A stretch of DNA of 54,981 nucleotides from Candidatus Staskawiczbacteria bacterium (GTDB taxonomy: Bacteria > Patescibacteriota > Minisyncoccia > Minisyncoccales > Staskawiczbacteraceae): assembly GCA_903835075.1 (NCBI GenBank), contig CAILLM010000006.1, forward strand, positions 1 to 54,981, given 5' to 3'. The notes under the pieces are model-generated. The model was not told where the DNA came from. It searched no databases and worked only from the letters and a program-made list of their open reading frames with translations. The translations under genes were made by a program, and so were the position numbers. This document shows positions 35,501 through 43,375 of the stretch, one piece after another; the stretch's first letter is position 1, and every line of letters starts with the position of its first letter.

Positions 35501-37234
35501 ATGCCACGAGACATCCAAAAAGTAATTCAAAAAAGCTCAAATCCAAAACTGATTGAATTAGCTTTTGAATTTGCCAACACTGCCTACAAAAATAAATATA
35601 GGTTGTCGGGAGAAAATTATATTGCTCGTGCTGTTAGAGTGGCTTTAATGTTAGATGACATGAACCTAGACCCCACTACAATTGCCTTGGGGCTTCTTTG
35701 CGATATTTTAGATGATGTACCAGAATCAGCACGAAAAATTCAGCTAAAAGAAATAGAAAAACATTTTAGTAAAGAAATAAGTCGCCTAGTTGAAAGAAGC
35801 TCTAAATTAGAGAAAGTCCGCTATTCTTTATACATCGGCATAAAAGAAAAAAATAGCTTTGCAAAAGATAAAATTGAAAATTTAAGAAAAATGTTTTTGG
35901 CTCTAGCTGGTGACTTAAGAGTAGTTTTAGTAAATCTTGTCTCTAGGCTAGATCAATTAAATTTTCTACACTATTCACCAGAGAACAAACAAAAAATATT
36001 TGCCTTAGAGACATTACAAGTTTTTGTACCAGTTGCCAGAAGACTTGGCTTGTCTGAAATAAGAAGAAGTCTTGAAGACGTAGCTTTTTCATATTTATTC
36101 CCAGAAAAATTTAAATGGCTAAAAGAAAACATAAAAGAGCAATATGAAGAAAGGGAAAAATATTTAAAAAAAATTATTCCTCAATTTAAAAAAATATTTA
36201 AAAAAGAAAGAGTTCAAATTTTAGATATAAATTACAGGTCAAAATCATACTGGAGCACTTACCAAAAACTAGCCAAGCACTCAATGAATTTTGATGAAAT
36301 TTATGACTTGCTTGCAATACGAATAATAACCCCAAATATTGAAAGTTGTTATCGCGTTTTGGGCATAATACATAAACACTTCAAACCAATTTCCGAAGAA
36401 ATAAATGATTATATTGCCAAGCCAAAGCTCAATGGATACAGGTCTTTGCATACAACTATTTTTTCTCATGAAGGCAAAATATCAGAAGTCCAAATAAGAA
36501 CCGAAGAAATGCAAAAAGAAGCTGAGTATGGAGTTTGCGCTCATTGGGCATATAAAGAAAAAATTAACATTAATAAAGAGGCTGGAAACATTGAATGGCC
36601 TAAAGACATTCCCGATTTTTGGAAGTCTTTTAAAATTGATTTTTTCACAAACAAAATTTTTTGTTTCACGCCAAAAGGAGATGTCATTTCTCTACCAAGA
36701 AATTCAACCCCAATTGATTTTGCATATGCAGTACACTCACAAATTGGCAATCACTGTGAATCGGCAAAAATAGATAATAAAATTGTCCCATTAAATCATA
36801 TTTTAAAAAATGGAGATGTCGTAGAAATAACTATAAATAAAAACAAAAAGCCATCTAAAGACTGGTTAAGATTTGTAAAAACATCTTTAGCAAAATCTAA
36901 TATAAAAAAACTAACTGAAGAAAACACCTCGGTTTTCAGGTTTCCTATACCTAATTTTTTAAGAGACAAATTAAAAGAATTTTCCGAAGCTTCAAAGAAA
37001 AAAAGAGAAGATAAAAAAAAGCTAGAAGAAAGGCACTCAAAACAAATATATATTGCAGGGCAAAAAGGAATGCTTATCCACGTTGCCAAATGTTGCAATC
37101 CCCAACCTGGAGATAAAATTAAAGCCTACCTTGCCCAAAACAGAGCAACGGTTTTACACCGAACATCTTGCCGTAATCTTAAAAAAATAATTGAAAAATT
37201 TCCCGAAAAAGTCATAGATGCGTCATGGGAGTAG
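35501..37234 (+). CDS. RelA/SpoT homolog (degenerate HD domain, synthetase, TGS, CC region; no ACT)
   Basis: DLLAIRII, DYIAKPKLNGYRSLHT, EVQIRT, AEYGVCAHW, TPIDFAYAVH and AKCCNP. Confidence 0.9.
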   Translation: MPRDIQKVIQKSSNPKLIELAFEFANTAYKNKYRLSGENYIARAVRVALMLDDMNLDPTTIALGLLCDILDDVPESARKIQLKEIEKHFSKEISRLVERSSKLEKVRYSLYIGIKEKNSFAKDKIENLRKMFLALAGDLRVVLVNLVSRLDQLNFLHYSPENKQKIFALETLQVFVPVARRLGLSEIRRSLEDVAFSYLFPEKFKWLKENIKEQYEEREKYLKKIIPQFKKIFKKERVQILDINYRSKSYWSTYQKLAKHSMNFDEIYDLLAIRIITPNIESCYRVLGIIHKHFKPISEEINDYIAKPKLNGYRSLHTTIFSHEGKISEVQIRTEEMQKEAEYGVCAHWAYKEKININKEAGNIEWPKDIPDFWKSFKIDFFTNKIFCFTPKGDVISLPRNSTPIDFAYAVHSQIGNHCESAKIDNKIVPLNHILKNGDVVEITINKNKKPSKDWLRFVKTSLAKSNIKKLTEENTSVFRFPIPNFLRDKLKEFSEASKKKREDKKKLEERHSKQIYIAGQKGMLIHVAKCCNPQPGDKIKAYLAQNRATVLHRTSCRNLKKIIEKFPEKVIDASWE

Positions 37235-37281
37235 TTGAAAAATAACAGAAAACGTGATAAATTATAGAGGAGACAAAAAAT

Positions 37282-37365
37282 GCCGAGGTGGTGAAATTGG
37301 CAAACACGTCGGACTCAAAATCCGATGCCCTTAAAAGCTTGGGGGTTCAAGTCCCCCCCTCGGCA
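37282..37365 (+). tRNA. tRNA-Leu(CAA)
   Basis: Acceptor stem GCCGAGG/CCTCGGC, anticodon arm TCGGA-CTCAAAA-TCCGA, long variable arm, T arm GGGGG-TTCAAGT-CCCCC; CCA not encoded. Confidence 0.95.
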
Positions 37366-37387
37366 CACTTCGATAAACTCAGCGCAG
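37366..37387 (+). repeat. Degenerate family A repeat directly 3' of the tRNA
   Basis: CACTTCGATAAACTCAGCGCAG. Confidence 0.6.
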
Positions 37388-37392
37388 ACACT

Positions 37393-37424
37393 TAAAAAAC
37401 GCGACCAATTGGTCGCGTTTTTTA
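37393..37424. terminator. Bidirectional terminator (perfect palindrome)
   Basis: TAAAAAACGCGACCAATTGGTCGCGTTTTTTA. Confidence 0.8.
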
Positions 37425-37425
37425 T

Positions 37426-38172
37426 TTACACTTCGTATTCTTCAAGGGGTTGAGAAAATATTATTTTCAGGCCGGTGGCGGGAATTGCTTCTGCAACTCT
37501 CTGACGCGTCTCATCATTAAAGGCTCGTTTAAAATGACCCAATGCCAAGCATTTTACATTTTGTCTTTTTGCCATTTCAAAAACATCAACTGCAGCAACG
37601 TGACCTGGAAGCCTTTTTTCAAACATATAACACTCATGCATTAGAATATCCGCATCCTTATAAATTTTTTCTGTTTCGTCATCAAATGGGCCATCTCCAC
37701 TATAACAAACGATGTTTTTTCCATCATCAATTCTAATTGCCAAGTTATATGCTGTGTGCCCAGTTTTTGCGAAACTCAATTTTAGCCCGTTAAAATCAAC
37801 TTGCTGTTTGTCATCCACAACTACAAATTTTATTTCAAATCCATAACTATTTATTCCAAAATAAGCATGCTCGGTAAGTCTTTCAATATCTGTTTTAAGC
37901 TGGGCCGAACAAATTATTGTTAATTCTTTTTTTCTTTCTTCTTCAAGCATTCTTCCCAAAAGTGCAGGCACCCCAAACAAATGGTCAGAATGCCTATGAG
38001 TAATATACAAAGCATCAATTAAAGAATAATCTTTTGTATATTTCCAAAGTTGCCTCACAGCCGAATCCCCGCAGTCTAACATTAATACGGCTTTATCGGA
38101 AATAACTAAATGCGAATGATTTGGATACCTTTCATCAAACGCTTCCCCATTCCCTAAAAATATTATTTTCAT
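37426..38172 (-). CDS. Ribonuclease Z-like metallo-beta-lactamase fold hydrolase
   Basis: MKIIFLG, LDCG, THRHSDH, YSGDG and HEC; start reassigned to 38172. Confidence 0.88.
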   Translation of the reverse strand: MKIIFLGNGEAFDERYPNHSHLVISDKAVLMLDCGDSAVRQLWKYTKDYSLIDALYITHRHSDHLFGVPALLGRMLEEERKKELTIICSAQLKTDIERLTEHAYFGINSYGFEIKFVVVDDKQQVDFNGLKLSFAKTGHTAYNLAIRIDDGKNIVCYSGDGPFDDETEKIYKDADILMHECYMFEKRLPGHVAAVDVFEMAKRQNVKCLALGHFKRAFNDETRQRVAEAIPATGLKIIFSQPLEEYEV

Positions 38173-38174
38173 AT

Positions 38175-38672
38175 TTATATTAAAGTTAATAAATAATAAA
38201 TTATTATAGCAGAAAAAAATCCAACCACAGCACCTGCCAACACGTCTCTTAACCAATGCACTCCGCAAAAAACTCTAGCAATTGCTACAAAACAAGATAA
38301 TATCAAAAAAACAAACGATAGAAATTCGCTATAAAAAACTAAACAAAATGACATTCCAAAAACAAGTGAAGCATGACGCGAAGGAAATGACGGATTCTTG
38401 GGGATAGCAATTAGTAAATTTGTAGTTTTCAGCCTAGCTGGCCTTTTTTCTATGTAAAAAATATAAATTATTTTGCTTACAACAAAAGCAGAAAATAAAC
38501 CAGCCAGCGTTGGGTAAAAAAACATTTCTAAATTTCTCCTAGAAAATGAAACAATTAACAAATAAACCATCATCAAGGGCAAAAGATATATAGCGCAAAA
38601 AACAGCAAACCCATCAAGTATTTTTGATTTTCCTGCAAGGCTATTTATATTTTTGAACATCGATAAACTCAT
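38175..38672 (-). CDS. PAP2 family phosphatase (undecaprenyl-diphosphatase-like)
   Basis: KRP, PSFPSRH and ARVFCGVHWLRD. Confidence 0.88.
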   Translation of the reverse strand: MSLSMFKNINSLAGKSKILDGFAVFCAIYLLPLMMVYLLIVSFSRRNLEMFFYPTLAGLFSAFVVSKIIYIFYIEKRPARLKTTNLLIAIPKNPSFPSRHASLVFGMSFCLVFYSEFLSFVFLILSCFVAIARVFCGVHWLRDVLAGAVVGFFSAIIIYYLLTLI

Positions 38673-39913
38673 TTTGGTAGTGGAAATTTTTTACAAAATC
38701 TCTTAATTTCTTCACGAACTTTTTTAACAGACTTTTCATCAGAAATAACGCGGTTGTACCATTCGGCAATTTTCTTCATTTCTTTTTCTTTCATTCCACG
38801 TGTAGTTATAGCGGGTGTACCAATTCTTATTCCCGAAGGCTTAAACGGCGGAGCTGGGTCATAAGGAATAGTATTTTTATTAACAGTAATCCCCGCCTCT
38901 TCAAGCCTAGTAGCAGCATCGGTTCCAGAAATATTTTTATTCCGCAAATCTATAAGAATTAAATGATTGTCTGTACCCCCAGAAACAATTTCAAACCCAT
39001 ACTTTTTCAATTCTGCAGATAAGGCTTTGGCATTTTTTACAATTTGATGTGCATATTTTTTAAATGCAGATGTTGAAGCTTCTTTAAGACAAACTGCAAT
39101 TCCAGCAATTTGATGCATGTGTGGGCCACCCTGAAATCCAGGGAAAATTGCTTTATCAATTTTTTTTGCTAAATCAGGATCTTTATCTAACCCCTTTTGA
39201 GTGACCATAATCATTCCACCTCTTGGCCCACGTAAAGTCTTATGAGTTGTAGTGGAAATAATGTGAACATGTGGTACAGGACTTGGGTGAGCGCCTCCAG
39301 CAACTAGTCCCGAAATGTGAGAAATATCGGCAACTAAATAAGCACCCACGGAATCGGCAATTTCTCCTAATTTTTTCCAATCAAAAATTCTAGAATAAGC
39401 AGTGGCTCCTACCCAAATTAACTTTGGCTTACTTTCTCGTGCCAACTTTTCCATTGCAACATAATCAAGCAAGCCCGTTTTTTCATCAACGCCATATTGC
39501 ACTGGCTTAAAAAATTTAGCTGAAAAATTTACTTTCCAGCCATGTGTTAAGTGCCCACCCATAGGAAGTGCCATGCCCATAGTGACATCCCCTGGTTCAC
39601 AAACTGCCAAGTGCACAGCGGCGTTGGCTGGCGAACCAGAATATGGTTGAACATTTGCATGTGGCACTTTAAACAGCTTTTTTGCCCTGTCTATACATAA
39701 ATTCTCCAAAATATCATAATATTTTAACCCGGAATAATATCTCTTCCCAGGGTAACCCTCAGCATACTTATCGGTTAAAATAGATCCCAATGCCTCACGA
39801 ATAGCCGGAGTACAATGATTCTCTGATGGAATCATCTCCAAAGAAGTTTTTTGTCTTTCCGTCTCTAGGTCAATTAATTTTGTAATTTGAGGGTCTTGTT
39901 TTTTTAATTTCAT
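38669..39913 (-). CDS. glyA: Serine hydroxymethyltransferase
   Basis: KYAEGYPGKRYY, GGHLTHG and TTTHKTLRGPRGG. Confidence 0.97.
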   Translation of the reverse strand: MKLKKQDPQITKLIDLETERQKTSLEMIPSENHCTPAIREALGSILTDKYAEGYPGKRYYSGLKYYDILENLCIDRAKKLFKVPHANVQPYSGSPANAAVHLAVCEPGDVTMGMALPMGGHLTHGWKVNFSAKFFKPVQYGVDEKTGLLDYVAMEKLARESKPKLIWVGATAYSRIFDWKKLGEIADSVGAYLVADISHISGLVAGGAHPSPVPHVHIISTTTHKTLRGPRGGMIMVTQKGLDKDPDLAKKIDKAIFPGFQGGPHMHQIAGIAVCLKEASTSAFKKYAHQIVKNAKALSAELKKYGFEIVSGGTDNHLILIDLRNKNISGTDAATRLEEAGITVNKNTIPYDPAPPFKPSGIRIGTPAITTRGMKEKEMKKIAEWYNRVISDEKSVKKVREEIKRFCKKFPLPK

Positions 39914-40473
39914 TTTCTTATAATTTTTATATTTTCTCCTGACAAATCTATTATGGCTGATGGCTTATTTTTTGGCAACTCTCCAGCGTCAGCAACAAGT
40001 ACATCTTCATTTTTAAATTGCCTCAAAACATCTTTTATTTTTACTGTTGCTGGTTTACCAGAAATATTAGCTGAAGTCTGGGCTAGTGGCTTCTTAAATT
40101 CATCTAAAACCAAACTTAAAAACTTATACTTTGGAATTCTAATTCCAATTGTTTTTATCGGGCCTCGCCCGCCGAAGCCTTGGCGAAGGCGGGAATTTAA
40201 AATTAATGTTATATTATTATGTTTCAAAAGTTCTGCTTCGTTTTCATTTACAAAAGCAACCTTACTTGCTATTTTGACATCTTTAACAAAAACTCCCAAT
40301 GGTTTTGACTTGTCTCTTCTTTTAATTTTAAAAATACTTTCTACTGCCTTTTTATTTGAGGCATCGCAAACCAACCCATAAACCGTGTCTGTAGGAAAAA
40401 CCAAAACTGCTCCTTTTTTAAGAGCAGTAATTATTTTGCTTATATTATTTTTATTGGCTTTTATTATTTCCAT
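39910..40473 (-). CDS. tsaC: L-threonylcarbamoyladenylate synthase (TsaC/YrdC)
   Basis: PTDTVYGL, KRRDKSKP, GIRIP and TSANISG. Confidence 0.92.
   Translation of the reverse strand: MEIIKANKNNISKIITALKKGAVLVFPTDTVYGLVCDASNKKAVESIFKIKRRDKSKPLGVFVKDVKIASKVAFVNENEAELLKHNNITLILNSRLRQGFGGRGPIKTIGIRIPKYKFLSLVLDEFKKPLAQTSANISGKPATVKIKDVLRQFKNEDVLVADAGELPKNKPSAIIDLSGENIKIIRK
40168..40193 (+). repeat. Family B repeat, in frame in tsaC
   Basis: CCCGCCGAAGCCTTGGCGAAGGCGGG; encodes SRLRQGFGG. Confidence 0.88.
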
Positions 40474-41194
40474 TTAAAAAATATTCTAATTTTTTGACAT
40501 CTTCGGGTCTTCCGAAGTCCATCCAAAACCCATTAATTTTATTTATTTTTACCCCTTTCTCCTTAGCCAATAAAGAAACCGCATCTGTAATTTCGTATTC
40601 TCCTCTGGGAGACTTTTCTATTTGCCCCAATTTATCAAAAATTTCAGGAGTAAATTTGTACATACTCACATTTATTAAGTTGCCAAAAAACTCTTTGGCC
40701 CGCCCTGAGCCGAGCTGAAGGGGCTTTTCTACTATTTTTGTTAAAAACTCGCCATCGGCAACCAATACCCCAAAATTTTCTGGATGCTCATTCTCTATCC
40801 CAGAAACATAGCTAAATTCATCATCTATATTTATTGCTTTTAAGTCTTCCGCTGAATAATAGTTGTCCCCACTTACATATAAAAATTGCTCGTTTATATC
40901 CTTAACACACATCAATGGCACAGCTGTCCCATTTTTTTCATTAAAGTTAAAAAACTCAAATTGATTAATAACTTTTACATTATACTTATACTCTTTCAAA
41001 AATTCTTCTATCGACTGACCCTGGTACCCAACAATCAAAGTAATATCTTTATAGCCCGCTTCCAATAAATTATCTAAAACATAAGCCAAAAATGGCTTGC
41101 CGTTAACTTCAATCAAATGCTTTGGCTTATCTTGAGACAATTCTCCCATGCGGGTCCCCTTGCCTGCAGCACAAATAACAACTTTATTCACCAT
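40451..41194 (-). CDS. Sugar-phosphate nucleotidyltransferase
   Basis: AAGKGTRM, KPKHL, VEKP, SPRGEYEITD and WMDFG. Confidence 0.9.
   Translation of the reverse strand: MVNKVVICAAGKGTRMGELSQDKPKHLIEVNGKPFLAYVLDNLLEAGYKDITLIVGYQGQSIEEFLKEYKYNVKVINQFEFFNFNEKNGTAVPLMCVKDINEQFLYVSGDNYYSAEDLKAINIDDEFSYVSGIENEHPENFGVLVADGEFLTKIVEKPLQLGSGRAKEFFGNLINVSMYKFTPEIFDKLGQIEKSPRGEYEITDAVSLLAKEKGVKINKINGFWMDFGRPEDVKKLEYFLNGNNKSQ
40697..40723 (-). repeat. Family A repeat, in frame in the nucleotidyltransferase
   Basis: GCCCTTCAGCTCGGCTCAGGGCGGGCC; encodes PLQLGSGRA right after EK. Confidence 0.78.
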
Positions 41195-41750
41195 AGCCAA
41201 GATTAAATGCTTTAATATTAAGTTCTAAATATTTTTCAGGGATAACGTTTTTTATAGCTGTTAATGCAGACTCTTTTTTAATTGGCATTAATTTATTGGC
41301 AACAGCATGCCCCACCATGTACAAAGTACAAACAACTTCATTTTGCAATTTTTCTTTACAATCTTCAGATGCTGGCACCAAATAAAAATTACTTTTAAAG
41401 CCTCTAAGTTGTTTTATAATTTCTTCTTTTGTTGGAGCTCCAGGAATTGGTAAAATATAATTATTAACCAAAAGTCTTGTTTGTTTGCCAGCCTTAGCTG
41501 ATTCTCTCAAACCTTCCATTGCTTCCAAGGCTAAAATTAAATCTGCTTGCCCATTAGAAACCATAGGTGAAAAAACTTTTTTGCCAAACCTAATATGAGC
41601 CTCAACGCTCCCACCTCTTTGTGAAAGGCCATGAAGCTCAGAAGATTTTACATCATACCCCTCAACAACTGCTGCTTCATCAATTACTTGAAGCAAGGTA
41701 ATTATTCCCTGTCCACCAACTCCTGTTAAAATTAAATTAAAATTTTCCAT
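41184..41750 (-). CDS. iorB: Indolepyruvate:ferredoxin oxidoreductase beta subunit
   Basis: GVGGQG, ELHGLSQRGGSV and NIKAF. Confidence 0.9.
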   Translation of the reverse strand: MENFNLILTGVGGQGIITLLQVIDEAAVVEGYDVKSSELHGLSQRGGSVEAHIRFGKKVFSPMVSNGQADLILALEAMEGLRESAKAGKQTRLLVNNYILPIPGAPTKEEIIKQLRGFKSNFYLVPASEDCKEKLQNEVVCTLYMVGHAVANKLMPIKKESALTAIKNVIPEKYLELNIKAFNLGYGE

Positions 41751-41754
41751 AGTA

Positions 41755-43374
41755 TTAAGATTTTTTTTGTCTGCGCTCTAATAGTGCGCAAATTCTTTTA
41801 CAAATTATTAATGAAATTTCATCTTTTTCTAAAAATTCCTTAACTGTGCTTTCCAATTCCTTTATACTAATGGGGTCTAAAACTTTGATATGCTTTACCC
41901 CACAAGCTTTAGCAATTTCTTCTATACTAACTTGCGTTGTGTCTTCCCCCATTAAAGTTTTTCCCATTCCAGGGTTTGGCTGGTGACCTGTCATTGCTGT
42001 GATCCTATTATCCAAAATAACCATCAATGGTTTTGATTTATTATAAACAGCGTTTAAAAGTGGCGAAATTCCTGCATGAAAAAATGTTCCATCTCCCATT
42101 ATAGAAATTACTTTTTGATTGGTGGACTTTGAGACTCCATGACCAATTCCTAAACTAGCTCCCATAGAAAACAACGTATCTTGTATGTTGTGTGGGGCAA
42201 ACCCTGCAATCATATTACACCCAATATCCCCTGTAAAAATAGCATTAGGTGCAACTCTTTTTAAGGTTGGGAAAACATACCAATATGGGCAACCTTCACA
42301 TAGCCTAGCGGTTCTTCTTGGTAAATCAATTTTCTTTACTTTAAATTCTAAAAATTTCTTGCCTGTTATTTTTGCCAATGCAACACAAACTTTTTCTGTG
42401 TTTAATTCTCCGATTATTGGCAAAACATTTTTTCCAAAAATTTGCAACTTTAAATTTTCTATTTTCGCTAAAACATTAACCTCTCTTTCTATATAGCCAT
42501 CTAATTCTTCAACAACTAAAAGTTTTTTTAATGGATGAATAAATTTTTTAATTTTATCTTCTGGTAATGGGTAAAAAAATCCAAGTTTTAAAATTGGCAA
42601 ATCTAATTTCAAAACTTCTAAAGCCTCTTTAACGTGCAGATATGAAACACCAGAAGTTATAACCCCAACCTTATTCTTTGATGAATCTATTAAATTTATT
42701 TTTGACTTCTCAGCAAATATCTGAATTTTTTTAATCTTATCTAAAAGCTCTTTCTTCATCTCCATTGTTCGTGGAGGCATTGTAGCAAACTGATAAGGAT
42801 TTTTTTCAAATTGCCCTTTTTTAAATTCAGCATTTTTTTTAACATCTTCAAACGTTACTGGCATTTTTTGGTGATTAACCCTTGTCGTCGTATGCAAAAT
42901 AACAGGTGTATTAAACTTCTCTGAAATTTCAAAACCTAGTTTTGTAAAATCATAACACTCTTGAGGATCAGCTGGTTCTAATGTTGGAATGTGCCCAAAC
43001 TGTGAATAAATTCTTGTGTTTTGTTCTGTTTGAGCCGAGCTCCAGCAAGAGGGATCATCAGCAATAACAATAACCATGGCCCCCTTGGTGCCAGTGTAGG
43101 CTAATGGCAACAAAGAGTCCGAACAAACATTAATTCCAAAACTTTTCATGCTAACCAAGGTTTTTAACCCCGAAAAGCTGGCTCCAATTGCCGACTCTAG
43201 GCCAACCTTTTCATTGGTTGCCCACTCTACATAGACCCCATTTTGTGCGGCAATTTTGGCAAAATCGTCTCCAATTTCTGCTGAAGGGCATCCAGGATAT
43301 CCTGAAACATAAGAAACCCCTGAATCTATGGCTGCTTGGATTATTGCATTGTTTCCTAATAATATTTTTTTCAT
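41755..43374 (-). CDS. iorA: Indolepyruvate:ferredoxin oxidoreductase alpha subunit (no C-terminal ferredoxin domain)
   Basis: GYPGCPSAE, NEKVGLE, LCEGCP, GDIGC, GDGTFFH and LDNRITAMTGHQ. Confidence 0.9.
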   Translation of the reverse strand: MKKILLGNNAIIQAAIDSGVSYVSGYPGCPSAEIGDDFAKIAAQNGVYVEWATNEKVGLESAIGASFSGLKTLVSMKSFGINVCSDSLLPLAYTGTKGAMVIVIADDPSCWSSAQTEQNTRIYSQFGHIPTLEPADPQECYDFTKLGFEISEKFNTPVILHTTTRVNHQKMPVTFEDVKKNAEFKKGQFEKNPYQFATMPPRTMEMKKELLDKIKKIQIFAEKSKINLIDSSKNKVGVITSGVSYLHVKEALEVLKLDLPILKLGFFYPLPEDKIKKFIHPLKKLLVVEELDGYIEREVNVLAKIENLKLQIFGKNVLPIIGELNTEKVCVALAKITGKKFLEFKVKKIDLPRRTARLCEGCPYWYVFPTLKRVAPNAIFTGDIGCNMIAGFAPHNIQDTLFSMGASLGIGHGVSKSTNQKVISIMGDGTFFHAGISPLLNAVYNKSKPLMVILDNRITAMTGHQPNPGMGKTLMGEDTTQVSIEEIAKACGVKHIKVLDPISIKELESTVKEFLEKDEISLIICKRICALLERRQKKS

Positions 43375-43375
43375 T

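Noticed and set aside
37282..37424. tRNA-Leu as an integration site for a prophage or island
   Set aside because: No duplicated tRNA 3' end and no integrase seen; the flanks are housekeeping genes.
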